From: Bacilli bacterium
GTDB taxonomy: Bacteria > Bacillota_I > Bacilli_A > ML615J-28 > CAG-698
Assembly: GCA_017962745.1 (NCBI GenBank)
Contig: JAGCUR010000013.1
Location: 1,046 to 65,045 of the forward strand
Length of the DNA stretch: 64,000 nucleotides
Direction of reading: 5' to 3'
Shown: positions 1 to 10,593 of the stretch, piece after piece
How positions within the stretch are numbered: position 1 is the first letter of the stretch
Layout of the letters: the number at the start of each line of letters is the position of its first letter
Notes under the pieces: generated by a model
The model's database searches: none
What the model was told of the DNA's origin: nothing
The model's input: only the letters and a program-made list of their open reading frames with translations
Made by a program: the position numbers and the translations under genes

Positions 1-1078
1 GCTTAAACTCTACATCCCCTTTTACTTCCTCTAAGCTAATAGCATCCTGCTTATCAAGAGGTTCTGGAGTTGCATCGATTAGTTTAAATACCCTTTCACC
101 TGCTGCCAGTGCTGACTGGATATCCACAAATATATTAGCTATTTCGTTAATTGGTCCTGAGAACCTTCTTGAGTATTGAACAAAACTAGCAAGGTTACCA
201 ACTGTAAAGTTAGGATTAGTTAATAAAAGGATTGATCCAAACATACATACAAGTGATAACGATAAATTGTTAACAAAGTTAACACCAGGTCCCGTAATAC
301 TGCCATAAAACTCTGCTTTATAAGCAGCAGTTGTTGCTTTAGTGTTATACTCATCAAAGTTAGCTAATACTTTATCTTTAGTAGCATATGCCTTAATCGG
401 TTTAATTCCCGTGATCATTTCTTCCGAAAAACCATTTAACTCGCCTAAAGTTCTACTTCTAGCTCTAAACATCTTTTGCGTATGTTTAAGCATAAACCTC
501 GTAAATAAAAGTGAAATCGGAATCGTCACCGCAAATACTAATACTAATAGTGGTGATAAAATAATCATCATTATTAAAGAGCCAACAATTGTAATAGCTG
601 ATGTACAGATTTGGATTAAGTCACTAGAAAGCGATGTATTAATCGTATCAATGTCATAACTCATCCTTGAGATGATATCTCCTGTTTGATATGAATCAAA
701 GAAGGAAATCGGTAAGCTCATTAATCTAGAGAATGTATCAGCTCGCATCTTATAAACTATCTTTTTGCTCATCTTCATCATAATGATAGCTAGTACATAA
801 GAGAAGATACTAGATAAGATATAAAAGCCTAACATGAGCGATGTATAAATAAATATATCTTTTAAAATAACGCTATTTGCTTCCCCTACAATTAACGTTT
901 TTATATCGTCAACGATATGGCCAGATAATACCGGTCCAATCAAAGCAAACAGGTTTGCTAAAATGGTTAAGGCTAACGCTAGTAATAGCCACCATTTATA
1001 GTAATACATATAATCCCAAAGACGTCTTAATACATATTTAACGTCTTTTGGTTTTTCTTTTACTTTTGTGGATGACAT
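1..1078 (-). CDS. ABC transporter permease/ATP-binding protein, second subunit of a heterodimeric exporter (partial; 3' end beyond window start)
   Basis: Minus-strand ATG at 1076-1078 with a GAGG RBS 5 nt upstream. The frame stays open to the window edge. The by-eye translation (MSSTKVKEKPKDVKYVLRRLWDYMYYYKWW...) gives a hydrophobic N-terminal TMD typical of ABC exporters. It sits 11 nt downstream of the partner ABC gene. Confidence 0.6.
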   Translation of the reverse strand, partial: MSSTKVKEKPKDVKYVLRRLWDYMYYYKWWLLLALALTILANLFALIGPVLSGHIVDDIKTLIVGEANSVILKDIFIYTSLMLGFYILSSIFSYVLAIIMMKMSKKIVYKMRADTFSRLMSLPISFFDSYQTGDIISRMSYDIDTINTSLSSDLIQICTSAITIVGSLIMMIILSPLLVLVFAVTIPISLLFTRFMLKHTQKMFRARSRTLGELNGFSEEMITGIKPIKAYATKDKVLANFDEYNTKATTAAYKAEFYGSITGPGVNFVNNLSLSLVCMFGSILLLTNPNFTVGNLASFVQYSRRFSGPINEIANIFVDIQSALAAGERVFKLIDATPEPLDKQDAISLEEVKGDVEFK

Positions 1079-1088
1079 TCTACCTCTA

Positions 1089-2801
1089 CTATTCATGTTC
1101 ATCCCCCATTTGTAATTTATATGTATTCAAATATTCTTTGCTACTAGCAAGCAAATCATTATGAGTTCCGTATCCTACTTGTTTTCCATCTTCTAAAAGT
1201 AAGATATGGTTACAGTTAATAATTGAAGATATTCTTTCACTGATGATAATTGTAGTTGTATCTTTATTAAATTCTTTTAAAGCCTTTCTTAAATTAGCAT
1301 CAGTTTTATAATCAAGGGCACTTGAAGAATCATCAAGAATTAAAATATCAGGATTATTAGCGATTGCTCTAGCGATTAATAATCTTTGCTTTTGACCACC
1401 CGATACATTAGTACCTTTAGCCGCAATCATATAATCTAAGCCTTCTTTTTTAGAAAAGACAGTATCGGTTGCTTGTGCTACTTCGATGGCTTTAATAACT
1501 TGATCATCCGTTAAGTCACGATTGAATTTAATATTATCTTTAATCGAAGCGGAGAATAAAATATCATTTTGGAAAGCAACCCCAAACTTCTTCTTTAATT
1601 CTTCATCTTCCATCGATCTAATATCTTTACCATCGATTAAGATTTGGCCACTACCAATATCATATAGTCTTAAAAGTAAACTTATAATTGTTGTCTTACC
1701 TGATCCGGTTGGACCAATGATACCTAAGCTTTCGCCTTTCTTTAAAGCAAAGTTAATATCAGTTAAGTTATCGATTTTACCATTATAAGAAAAGTTTACA
1801 TTTTTAAACTCTACATGGATATCGCTATCTTCTTCATTAATATCTTCTTTCTTTAAATCTTCATCTAGACTAAAGACTGCTTCAATACGTTTTGCTGAAG
1901 CAATTGTACGGCTAGACATCGTAAAGATTCTAGTTACGCTTAACATTGCATTTAAAATTAAGTGGAAATAAGAAATAAAAGCAATGATCTTACCAACTTT
2001 AGTATCTCCACCAATTACTAAATATGCTCCTACAACTAATACACTTACTAAGCCGATATTTAAACATAAGTTAATAAGGGGACTTAAGCGCGCCATCATG
2101 TAACCAGCTTTTAATTCATTATCGATAACATGTTGGTTAACTTCTGAAAATCTTTCTTTTTCGTATTCTGTTTTTGATAATGCTTTAATCACTCTAATAC
2201 CAGTGACGCTTTCTCTTATATCTCTAACCATATCATCACTAGCATTTTGAATATCGGTATATAGTGGTATTCCTTTTTTAGAAATAAATACTGTAATTAA
2301 TACAATAAAAGGTAGGACTGCTAGTAATACTAAAGTTAGTTTCACATTTAATGTGAAAGTAACAATGATGCCACCAACTAGTAGAATCGGTGCTCTAACA
2401 CCAAGTCTTTGGATCATCCCCACAAAATGATGAACATTATATGTATCATTATTCATCCTTGAAATTAATGATGGAATCGTAATATCATCCATCTGCTTAG
2501 GACTCAAATCTTCAATACGTTTAAACAAATCATGCCTTAGGTCAGTTGTAACCATCATGGCAACTCTAGATGCCATTTGGTTAGCAAACATATTTCCTAA
2601 AAAGCAAGCTGCACTGCAGCCAATCATAATAATTCCATATATTATAATTGGCCTAATTTCCCCAAGTGGTACTAATTCATCAATGATAAATGATAAGATA
2701 TAGGGAATTACTAAATCCATTAAAGTTCCAAATATCTTAATCATTAAACCAATTAGCATTCTCGGAGTATATGGTTTAACATACTCTAATACTTTCTTCA
2801 T
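1089..2801 (-). CDS. ABC transporter ATP-binding/permease protein (multidrug-type exporter, fused TMD-NBD)
   Basis: 570 aa. Six-TM N-terminal half. Walker A GPTGSGKTT, ABC signature LSGGQKQR, Walker B ILILDD. Confidence 0.9.
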   Translation of the reverse strand: MKKVLEYVKPYTPRMLIGLMIKIFGTLMDLVIPYILSFIIDELVPLGEIRPIIIYGIIMIGCSAACFLGNMFANQMASRVAMMVTTDLRHDLFKRIEDLSPKQMDDITIPSLISRMNNDTYNVHHFVGMIQRLGVRAPILLVGGIIVTFTLNVKLTLVLLAVLPFIVLITVFISKKGIPLYTDIQNASDDMVRDIRESVTGIRVIKALSKTEYEKERFSEVNQHVIDNELKAGYMMARLSPLINLCLNIGLVSVLVVGAYLVIGGDTKVGKIIAFISYFHLILNAMLSVTRIFTMSSRTIASAKRIEAVFSLDEDLKKEDINEEDSDIHVEFKNVNFSYNGKIDNLTDINFALKKGESLGIIGPTGSGKTTIISLLLRLYDIGSGQILIDGKDIRSMEDEELKKKFGVAFQNDILFSASIKDNIKFNRDLTDDQVIKAIEVAQATDTVFSKKEGLDYMIAAKGTNVSGGQKQRLLIARAIANNPDILILDDSSSALDYKTDANLRKALKEFNKDTTTIIISERISSIINCNHILLLEDGKQVGYGTHNDLLASSKEYLNTYKLQMGDEHE

Positions 2802-2803
2802 AT

Positions 2804-3244
2804 CTAGTCCTCATAATTTAAGTCAATATAACTTGAAGCGTTATTAGCTACCTTTGTTAATAATTTGTTTAGTTCTTCTACTTCATCTTCTTTTAAGCCA
2901 TCAGTAATTATTTCATTAAATTTACCCATGGCTTCTTTAATATATGGCAAAGTATCATAGGCTTTCTTAGTTGGATATACTTTATATGCTCTTTTATCAT
3001 CTTCATTTACTTCACGATAAACGTATCCGGCATCAATTAATGTTTTGATACTTCTCGCAACGCTAGATTTATTAACATATACTTTTTTAGCCAAAGCATC
3101 TTGGCTAACTCCTTCGCTATGATTACATAAATAATAAATATACATATGATGCGATGGTAATAAATCAATATCCTTAAAAGCGATATTGCGATAAAGCATC
3201 GCACATCTTTCAGTTATGGAAATCCATCTTGTAATTCTTGCCAT
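2804..3244 (-). CDS. MarR family transcriptional regulator
   Basis: 146 aa. Winged-HTH region SQDALAKKVYVNKSSVARSIKTLIDAGYV. The gene sits immediately upstream of the ABC exporter pair. GAGGTG RBS. Confidence 0.85.
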   Translation of the reverse strand: MARITRWISITERCAMLYRNIAFKDIDLLPSHHMYIYYLCNHSEGVSQDALAKKVYVNKSSVARSIKTLIDAGYVYREVNEDDKRAYKVYPTKKAYDTLPYIKEAMGKFNEIITDGLKEDEVEELNKLLTKVANNASSYIDLNYED

Positions 3245-3254
3245 AGTTCACCTC

Positions 3255-3280
3255 TAATTAGTTGCATATGCAACTAATTA
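3255..3280. promoter_or_regulatory. 26-bp perfect palindrome TAATTAGTTGCATATGCAACTAATTA, a candidate MarR operator, with TGTATAAT extended -10 immediately upstream on the minus strand
   Basis: Read directly from the sequence. The palindrome lies between an extended -10 (minus strand, about 3281-3290) and the RBS of the MarR gene. This is the classic autoregulatory MarR layout. Confidence 0.6.
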
Positions 3281-3305
3281 CATTATACAACTATTCTTCT
3301 ACTTT

Positions 3306-3650
3306 TCAATAGATAATACAAAAATTCATTCCTTGATTAATAAATGCTTCAAATAAACCTAGGTTATATATAAAATCAGCTTCGGCGTTATTTCTCCATA
3401 AAAATATATAATCATCGTGATATTCTAAATATTTCTCGATTTCTAGTAACATCCTTGCAAGCCTATCACTAAAGCATTCCGATACAATATCATATTTAAC
3501 ACTTTTGCAGCCTTTAAAGATGGGGTATATTCTAATAATATTTAAGCCAATTAAAATGATCTCATCATCTATAAACTTAGAGCAGTTTTTACAATCAATA
3601 ATTTCTAATAAATCATTAAGATTTCTTCTTTTGTTTTTTATACAATACAT
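3306..3650 (-). CDS. hypothetical protein
   Basis: 114-aa ORF. I recognise no family. Cys-rich N-terminus (CKNCSKF). Confidence 0.4.
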   Translation of the reverse strand: MYCIKNKRRNLNDLLEIIDCKNCSKFIDDEIILIGLNIIRIYPIFKGCKSVKYDIVSECFSDRLARMLLEIEKYLEYHDDYIFLWRNNAEADFIYNLGLFEAFINQGMNFCIIY

Positions 3651-3696
3651 ATTAGCCTCCTAATATATATTTAACAAAACTCTCTCTTTTTTCTTA

Positions 3697-3727
3697 AACA
3701 AAAAAAAGTAGATACGATGTATCTACT
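3697..3727 (-). terminator. rho-independent terminator downstream of the LCP gene
   Basis: 8-bp stem AGTAGATA/TATCTACT with GATG loop, followed by a T-run on the minus strand. Confidence 0.6.
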
Positions 3728-3728
3728 T

Positions 3729-4718
3729 TTATTCTTCAGGTGCTTTATCATAGAATGTGGATATAACTAGTTCTTTTAAGTCTTCTTCGTAAGGAATAAA
3801 CTCGATTAAACCTTTGTTCTTTTGCGTATAGCCTTTAATTTGTTTAATTCCATTATAGTGGAATGTCTTTACATAATTTAAGATATCGGCCATATCCATA
3901 TATGTTACATCCATGCACACATAATTGTTAACGATATGCAAAGCATCTAAAATATCTGAGAAAGTATAATCGTTAGTTCTTGCTTTTCTAACTAATTCTT
4001 CCATATAGACTTGTTGACGGCGCATTCTAGAAATTTGCGTACCATCGCCAACTTCCATTCTAGCGCGAAGATATTTAAGGCAAGTATCACCAGTTAAAGT
4101 AATTGTTGCCCCTTCTTCCCAAGTAGGATCAATTACTGTTAAATCTTCTTCAAGAGTAATTGTTACTCCGCCTAGAAAATCATTAAGTAGGGGAACAGTA
4201 GTCATATTGATACCGATATATCTTTCAATATCAACACCCATCAATACTTTTGATGCAGCTCTACAAGTGTTTCTAAAACTCATATCGAGTCCATCACCAA
4301 CTGTATGAGCATAATCAATTTGCGTATACTTTGATCCGATTACTTTTCCGCTTAAACCTAAGACATCAACTTCTACCATTGTATCTCTACTTATTGGAAT
4401 AATTGTATAAGAACTATCTGTTAGATTAAATGATACTAAACAAATTAAATCATTTAATGCAGTATTGTTATATCCATTACTAGCTTTCATTTCACCAGTT
4501 GAATCAATACCAACGACTAAATAATTAACTGTGTCTTTAGCAATATATTTTTCACCATCGATATAAATGATTTCATGTTCCTTTGGCACATTTTGTGCTC
4601 TTTCAGTTTTACTACCTTGGGCAAATAAGAAATACCCACCAGCAATAGAACCTAAAGTAACCACTACACCAACAAGTGAAAGTATTATAATTAATAATAT
4701 TTTTCTTGCTTTTACCAT
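3729..4718 (-). CDS. LCP family protein (LytR-CpsA-Psr cell-wall glycopolymer ligase)
   Basis: 329 aa. N-terminal TM anchor. LCP motifs YLVVGIDSTGE and ...LNDLICLVSFN... Confidence 0.85.
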   Translation of the reverse strand: MVKARKILLIIILSLVGVVVTLGSIAGGYFLFAQGSKTERAQNVPKEHEIIYIDGEKYIAKDTVNYLVVGIDSTGEMKASNGYNNTALNDLICLVSFNLTDSSYTIIPISRDTMVEVDVLGLSGKVIGSKYTQIDYAHTVGDGLDMSFRNTCRAASKVLMGVDIERYIGINMTTVPLLNDFLGGVTITLEEDLTVIDPTWEEGATITLTGDTCLKYLRARMEVGDGTQISRMRRQQVYMEELVRKARTNDYTFSDILDALHIVNNYVCMDVTYMDMADILNYVKTFHYNGIKQIKGYTQKNKGLIEFIPYEEDLKELVISTFYDKAPEE

Positions 4719-4776
4719 AATCTAACACCTACTAATAATAAACTGCCTAGTTGCGCTAGGCAGTTTATAATTTTAA

Positions 4777-7029
4777 TTATTCTTCTGAGCCTTCATCACT
4801 TGGTGATAATAATTGTCCACCAGTTAATGCAACCATCTTAGCAACGCCTAATGTGTAAGCATCGCAATCAATTGTTAAGGCTTTATCCATCTTACCACGA
4901 GGTTTTAACTTGTAAGCTGTCATTGATTTATCTACACCTTTAACTTTTTCTTTGATTGCAGCTAAATCAACTGTAGCGCCTTCTTCAAATGCTTCACATA
5001 ATTGATCTGTGAATACTTCACCGAAGTTAGTCTTGTCAATTTCTCTATCTGAATGACCAACTAAGTTAAGTGCATCATTGTCATCCATATATTTGTTAAT
5101 GTTATAAACAGAAGTTTCTTTTAATAACTTGTATTGACGAGCTCTAGCTTTAGGTTTTTCGCCTCTTTCAACACTCATCTTAATTTGACCTTTAGCAATT
5201 AAAGTCTTTTCAGAATCGCCTCTGAACTCAGCTAATTCATCAATTGGTTCGTATTCTTTTTTCTTTTCAGCTTTAATATCTTTTAATAAGTCTTTTAAGA
5301 TGTTAAGAGCGTATTTAGTTCTTCTCATACTCTTAATCTTCATTACTGCGAAACCATCTTTATCAGGTTGTAATGGAGTCTTAGGATCGCTAGCGTATTT
5401 TTCAACATCAACTGTTAGATATAAGTTAAGTGTTTTACCACGAACCATTAATCTAGCAAATGTTTCTCTACTCTTTGCGAATGTTTCATGTTTCCATGAT
5501 ACTCTATTAGTAATTTGATATGAGCATAATAAGTCTTTAATTAATTGATAGCATTGTTGCATGCTTTCATCTAATGCTACTAATTTAGCAATGTGAGATT
5601 TATTGTAGTTGATTGATAAGTATTCATCTTTTTCTTCTACAACTTCTTCTTCAGCAGCGGCAGCAGCAGCAACGATTGGAACAACAACTGGTTCAACTTC
5701 TGGAGCAGCTTCTTCTTCAGGTGCTTCTTCAGCTTCTTCTGGAGCAGCTTCTTCTTCAGGTGCTTCTTCAGCAGCTGGTTCTTCAGCTACAGGTTCTTCT
5801 TCAGCAGGTGCTTCTTCCTCAGCTGGAGCTTCTTCTTCGTTAGCTTGTTCTTGTTCTTCTTCTGGAGCAGCTTCTTCTTCAGGTTCTTCTTCAGCAGGTT
5901 CTTCTTCTTTATCGTTCTTATCTCTCTTGAAGAAAATATAGATAACTAATAAGATGATGATGATTACTAATAAGATGATGATAACGATGAACATCCAGAT
6001 AGGACCTGAACTTCCACGTTCACCTTTTTCACCTTGATCACCTTTGTCACCTTTTTCGCCTTGTTGACCTTGTTGGCCTTGAGAACCTTCTGGACCTTGA
6101 GGACCTTGAGGGCCTTGAGGACCTACAGCACCTGGATCACCTTGTTGACCAGCAGCAGAGATACCTGTATCTGCGCCATTGATTACCCAGTTACCAGTAG
6201 TAGGATCAATTTCAATAGTTGGTGTATCACCAGCTTGACCTGGTTCACCTTGAGCAGCGATTCCAGTGTCTACGCCATCAATTTGCCAGTTACCATTATC
6301 ACCAATAGTGATTAGAGGACTATGTCCATCTTCACCAGCAGGACCTTGGATTGCAGTAGGAACTGCATTTTCATCAGGTTGTAAGAATGCAACTGGACAT
6401 AAGTGACTGAATTCAACTTCTAATTTTCCGTTTTCATCATCGTATGCAACTTTATCAGAATCAACAACTGTCCATTCTTTAGTTGCTTCATTTTGGTGAA
6501 TAACGACTGGTGATTTACCATTAGAAGATTGATAATCAAATTCGAATTTAATAGTTCCGCCAGCAGCGAATACTGCAGCGATTTCATCAGTTACTGATAA
6601 ATCGAATACTTGTTCAGCATCGAAGTCTTCAGATTTGTACATTTTACCATCAACTAATAAATTAGCTAATGCAGATTGAAGGGCTTCTTGACTTTCTTTT
6701 TGATCGCCTTCCAATGCAGCACCACTGAATATTTCACGTAAAGCTTGTGTTGCTTCGCTTAAAGCTTGAACTTTTTCAGGGTCTCCACCTTCTCCATCTA
6801 TTGGAGTGATAGTAACCTTTGATAAGTCAACACTAGTTTCAGATCCATCAGCATTAATCACAGTTGCAGTTGCTACTTCTGGAGTCTCAGCTGCGAATGG
6901 GCTACCAGCAGGGCTGCCAGTAGGACTTGCAGTAGGACTTGGTTCAGCAAATGCAACAGGGATACTAACTAATACTAATAACATTGCTACTATTACAACA
7001 AATAGCATTTTGAAATTAAATTTTCTCAT
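4777..7029 (-). CDS. type-I membrane protein with collagen-like (Gly-X-Y) ectodomain, acidic E/P/A-rich cytoplasmic linker and unknown C-terminal domain
   Basis: 750 aa. Signal peptide MRKFNFKMLFVVIVAMLLVLVSIPVAFA. GXY run GPQGPQGPQGPEGSQGQQGQQGEKGDKGDQGEKGERG. Twice-repeated motif GNW[QV]I[DN]G[VA]DTGI. Single TM IWMFIVIIILLVIIIILLVIYIFF. Then (EEAPE)n low complexity and a roughly 330-aa C-terminal domain. Confidence 0.8.
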   Translation of the reverse strand: MRKFNFKMLFVVIVAMLLVLVSIPVAFAEPSPTASPTGSPAGSPFAAETPEVATATVINADGSETSVDLSKVTITPIDGEGGDPEKVQALSEATQALREIFSGAALEGDQKESQEALQSALANLLVDGKMYKSEDFDAEQVFDLSVTDEIAAVFAAGGTIKFEFDYQSSNGKSPVVIHQNEATKEWTVVDSDKVAYDDENGKLEVEFSHLCPVAFLQPDENAVPTAIQGPAGEDGHSPLITIGDNGNWQIDGVDTGIAAQGEPGQAGDTPTIEIDPTTGNWVINGADTGISAAGQQGDPGAVGPQGPQGPQGPEGSQGQQGQQGEKGDKGDQGEKGERGSSGPIWMFIVIIILLVIIIILLVIYIFFKRDKNDKEEEPAEEEPEEEAAPEEEQEQANEEEAPAEEEAPAEEEPVAEEPAAEEAPEEEAAPEEAEEAPEEEAAPEVEPVVVPIVAAAAAAEEEVVEEKDEYLSINYNKSHIAKLVALDESMQQCYQLIKDLLCSYQITNRVSWKHETFAKSRETFARLMVRGKTLNLYLTVDVEKYASDPKTPLQPDKDGFAVMKIKSMRRTKYALNILKDLLKDIKAEKKKEYEPIDELAEFRGDSEKTLIAKGQIKMSVERGEKPKARARQYKLLKETSVYNINKYMDDNDALNLVGHSDREIDKTNFGEVFTDQLCEAFEEGATVDLAAIKEKVKGVDKSMTAYKLKPRGKMDKALTIDCDAYTLGVAKMVALTGGQLLSPSDEGSEE

Positions 7030-7192
7030 ATTCTTCTCCTTGTTTTTAAAAAAGTCTAATGCGTTTTATTACTCTCATAACAAAAATAGACACTTCTTTT
7101 CCTTATTTTACTGCCGATTTGTTTTTTTTTCAACATTTTGTTATTTTTTCATAATTAGTGAAAACACTTTCATTAAATTTTTTTATAATTTT

Positions 7193-7238
7193 TATAAAAA
7201 TAGCGCTTATCTAGTTAGCTAAACTAACTAAAAAGCGC
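7193..7238 (-). terminator. rho-independent terminator downstream of leuS
   Basis: Nested inverted repeats AGCGCTT...AAGCGC and TAGTTAG...CTAACTA, followed by a T-run on the minus strand. Confidence 0.5.
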
Positions 7239-7248
7239 AAATTTTCTT

Positions 7249-9666
7249 TTAAATTACAATACTTACTAACTTATTAGGTACTACAATTACTTTCTTAACT
7301 GGGTTATCACCCACATATTGTTTTACCTTTTCGTTAGCTAAAGCGATTCGTTCTAACTCTTCATTAGGTAGTCCTTTAGTAACTTCTACTTTATCTCTAA
7401 GTTTACCATTTACTTGGAAGACAACAGTTACTGTATCTTCATGAGTCTTAGCTTCTTCAAATGTTGGCCACTCTTCGTAGACGATACAGCCAGCTTCTGG
7501 TTTAAGCATACTATATAACTCTTCAGTAATATGTGGACAAATTGGATTTAGTAGTTTTAAGAAGCCTAAAGCATATTCAAGTGGTAAGTTAGGATCTTTG
7601 AAGCATTCATTCATGAATACCATCATTTGACTAATAGCCGTATTAAATCTTAAAGCAGTATAGTCTTCAGTAACTTTCTTAACTGTTTGATGATATAATC
7701 TTTCAAAGTTTTTATTCTCAGGAACGATATGTAACATCTCAGTATAGAATCTATAAACTCTATCTAAGAATCTATGTGGTCCTTCTACACCTTTAGTTGA
7801 CCATGGCTTAGTTGCTTCTAGTGGACCCATAAACATTTCATAAAGACGAAGTGTATCAGCACCATAATCCCTAACAACATCATCAGGATTAATGACATTG
7901 CCTCTACTCTTACTCATCTTTTCACCATCTACACCTAGAATCATTCCTTGGTTAAATAGTTTATGGAATGGTTCTTTACTATCTACAACTCCACAATCAT
8001 ATAATACTTTATGCCAGAATCTTGCATATAGTAAGTGAAGCACAGCGTGTTCAGTTCCACCAATATATAAATCAACTGGTAACCATTTATTTACTTCTTT
8101 TTGAACTTCTTTATCACTTAATGGTAAGAAATCATCACCATCTTTTAGTAAGTAACCAATATAGTACCAACAAGATCCAGCCCATTGAGGCATTGTATTT
8201 GTTTCTCTTCGGCCTTTAACACCATCACTTCTAACTACTTCTAGCCATTCATGCGCATTAGCTAGTGGGCTTTCACCATTATGAGATAGAGTAACTCGCT
8301 TCATTACTGGTAGTTCAAGTGGTAAATCTTTTTCTTCTAGGACACTAACTTTACCATCTTCCCAGAAGATTACTGGGAATGGTTCACCCCAATATCTTTG
8401 ACGGCTAAAGATCCAATCTCTTAGCCTGTAATTTACATCTTTATAACCGATACCTTTTTCACTTAAGAAAGCGATCATTTTATCAATTGCATCTTGCTTA
8501 TTTAAACCATTTAAGAATTCAGAATTGATATGGATACCATCTCCAGTGTAAGCACCACTTGTCATATCGCCTTCAAGGACTTGGATGATATCGATATTAT
8601 ATTTCTTAGCAAAATCATAATCTCTTTCATCATGAGCAGGAACTGCCATGATAGCACCAGTTCCATAACTAGAAAGTACATAATCAGCTATCCAAATTGG
8701 TAACTTCTTACCATTAGCTGGATTAATGGCATATGCTCCTGTAAAGCAGCCGGTTTTTTCTTTATTTAAATCAGTTCTTTCTAGATCACTTTTAGCTTTC
8801 GCAAAATCAACGTAAGCTTGTACATCTTTTAAGTGGCTAGCTGGTGTAATCTTCTTAACAAGTTTATGTTCAGGAGATAATACACAATATGTAGCACCAA
8901 ATAAAGTATCAGCTCTAGTAGTAAATACTTCAAATGTTTCATTAGTGCCATCAACTTTAAATGTGATCTTAGCACCAACTGATTTACCAATCCAGTTCTT
9001 CTGCATTTCTTTTACGTTATCTGGCCAATCAAGTAAATCAAGATCTTCTAATAATCTTTCTGCGTAAGCAGTAATCTTTAAAACCCATTGCTTCATTGGT
9101 TTTTTAACAACTGGGTAGCTACCTCTTTCACTTACCATCTTACCATTATCGTTTAATACTTCTTCGTTTGCTAAAACGGTACCTAATTCTTCACACCAGT
9201 TAACTTCAATATTTTTAACTTCAGCTAATCCTTTTTCATAAAGTTTAGTAAAAATCCATTGTGTCCATTTAAAATATTTAGGATCACAAGTGGCAAGTTC
9301 TTTACTCCAGTCAAAAGATAAACCTAACATTTGTAATTGGTTTTTAAATATTTCAATATTGCGATATGTGAAATCAGCTGGTGAATTACCAGTGTTAATA
9401 GCATATTGTTCAGCAGGCAATCCGAATGCATCAAATCCCATTGGATGAAATACTGCATATCCTTGCATTCTTTTCATTCTTGAAACGATGTCAGTAGCAG
9501 TGTAGCCTTCAGGATGACCGACATGTAAACCTGCTCCACTAGGATATGGGAACATATCTAGTGCATAAAACTTTTCTTTATTTGTTACAAGTGGTTGTTT
9601 AAAGACCTCATTTTCAGCCCAATACTTTTGCCACTTCTTTTCGATTTGTGTAAAATTATAACTCAT
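7249..9666 (-). CDS. leuS: leucine--tRNA ligase
   Basis: 805 aa. Class-I HIGH motif HVGHPEGY and KMSKS motif. Overall LeuRS architecture. Confidence 0.95.
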   Translation of the reverse strand: MSYNFTQIEKKWQKYWAENEVFKQPLVTNKEKFYALDMFPYPSGAGLHVGHPEGYTATDIVSRMKRMQGYAVFHPMGFDAFGLPAEQYAINTGNSPADFTYRNIEIFKNQLQMLGLSFDWSKELATCDPKYFKWTQWIFTKLYEKGLAEVKNIEVNWCEELGTVLANEEVLNDNGKMVSERGSYPVVKKPMKQWVLKITAYAERLLEDLDLLDWPDNVKEMQKNWIGKSVGAKITFKVDGTNETFEVFTTRADTLFGATYCVLSPEHKLVKKITPASHLKDVQAYVDFAKAKSDLERTDLNKEKTGCFTGAYAINPANGKKLPIWIADYVLSSYGTGAIMAVPAHDERDYDFAKKYNIDIIQVLEGDMTSGAYTGDGIHINSEFLNGLNKQDAIDKMIAFLSEKGIGYKDVNYRLRDWIFSRQRYWGEPFPVIFWEDGKVSVLEEKDLPLELPVMKRVTLSHNGESPLANAHEWLEVVRSDGVKGRRETNTMPQWAGSCWYYIGYLLKDGDDFLPLSDKEVQKEVNKWLPVDLYIGGTEHAVLHLLYARFWHKVLYDCGVVDSKEPFHKLFNQGMILGVDGEKMSKSRGNVINPDDVVRDYGADTLRLYEMFMGPLEATKPWSTKGVEGPHRFLDRVYRFYTEMLHIVPENKNFERLYHQTVKKVTEDYTALRFNTAISQMMVFMNECFKDPNLPLEYALGFLKLLNPICPHITEELYSMLKPEAGCIVYEEWPTFEEAKTHEDTVTVVFQVNGKLRDKVEVTKGLPNEELERIALANEKVKQYVGDNPVKKVIVVPNKLVSIVI

Positions 9667-9677
9667 AATCTTATCTC

Positions 9678-10496
9678 CTAATTTCTTCTAATGCTTAATA
9701 ATTGGTTGGAAGCAATCATATTATAAATTACTGCTAGCACAATCCCAATCATATATATAAATCTAAGTCCAAATAATTCTGATAATAATCCGCTTACCAC
9801 CATTGGTGATAGCGCGTAACATGCAATTACATAATTTTCTTTAAATGAAATTATTCTTCTAGTGATTAACCTTTGTACTAAGGCGAGGACTACTCCGATC
9901 GCTAACATAATACCGAGGTTCGATAAAGTATAGCCAATGATTACTCCTATCGTAACATATGGAATATATCTTTTAATTTCTTTATTAACTACATTAAATA
10001 TATCATTCCAAAATTCATAATTTTGATCTGATATGGCATGATGTAAATTGATATTTGTTAACTCCGGATACTCTTCATACTTAAACATTGGCAGCGATGT
10101 AGCAAACCTACCATTTAAATAATAATAAATACTAACGCCATTTTCTAAAAAGACAATGCGGTAACTTGTTTTCTTTTCAGGATCAGATAATTCTTTTAGA
10201 GCAAATGTTACCATAATCTCTTCATCGATATAATAATCAGATAGCATTACTTCACTCGTATTAGATAATTTATTATTAACAATTGTGTAAGGTACTTCTT
10301 TATCCTTAAATGTATCTTGAATCTTTAATCTCTCATCGAGTGATAATTTATCAAACCTAGCTACTTTAATACTAGCCGGTATCATCATAATAAAGGCGAG
10401 TAGTAAAATGTAAACAAAGACCAAACCAAAACTATCAACACGCATGTTGATGATTTCAGTTGGGACAAATAAAGCTGTCTTTAATCTTTTAATCAT
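9678..10496 (-). CDS. hypothetical polytopic membrane protein (possibly DUF1189-like)
   Basis: 272 aa with several TM helices. It ends 11 nt upstream of leuS, so it is probably co-transcribed. Confidence 0.45.
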   Translation of the reverse strand: MIKRLKTALFVPTEIINMRVDSFGLVFVYILLLAFIMMIPASIKVARFDKLSLDERLKIQDTFKDKEVPYTIVNNKLSNTSEVMLSDYYIDEEIMVTFALKELSDPEKKTSYRIVFLENGVSIYYYLNGRFATSLPMFKYEEYPELTNINLHHAISDQNYEFWNDIFNVVNKEIKRYIPYVTIGVIIGYTLSNLGIMLAIGVVLALVQRLITRRIISFKENYVIACYALSPMVVSGLLSELFGLRFIYMIGIVLAVIYNMIASNQLLSIRRN

Positions 10497-10593
10497 TTTA
10501 TCACCTTTAACTTGTATGCATTATATCACATTTTTTGCCTATCAACAATACACTTTTATGCAGTTTAATCTATTATTAATAACTGATTATTTC

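Noticed and set aside
342-659. 105-aa plus-strand ORF at the window start
   Set aside because: It lies antisense inside the better-supported minus-strand ABC transporter gene (RBS + ATG at 1078, ABC-like translation). Low-complexity hydrophobic translation typical of a shadow ORF.
5600-5940. Possible CRISPR array, because of the short periodic repeats
   Set aside because: The repeats are about 20-25 bp, imperfect, without unique spacers, and fully in-frame within a coding sequence. There are no cas genes in the window.
5609-5941. Two overlapping plus-strand ORFs (poly-Ser/Ala and poly-Leu/Gln proteins)
   Set aside because: These are antisense artefacts of the GAA/GCT-rich repeat that encodes the acidic linker of the collagen-like protein.
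9667-10593. T-box riboswitch upstream of leuS
   Set aside because: Only 11 nt separate leuS from the upstream membrane-protein gene. The intergenic region above that gene is about 100 nt, too short for a T-box leader. No specifier/T-box consensus (AGGGUGGNACCGCG) was seen.
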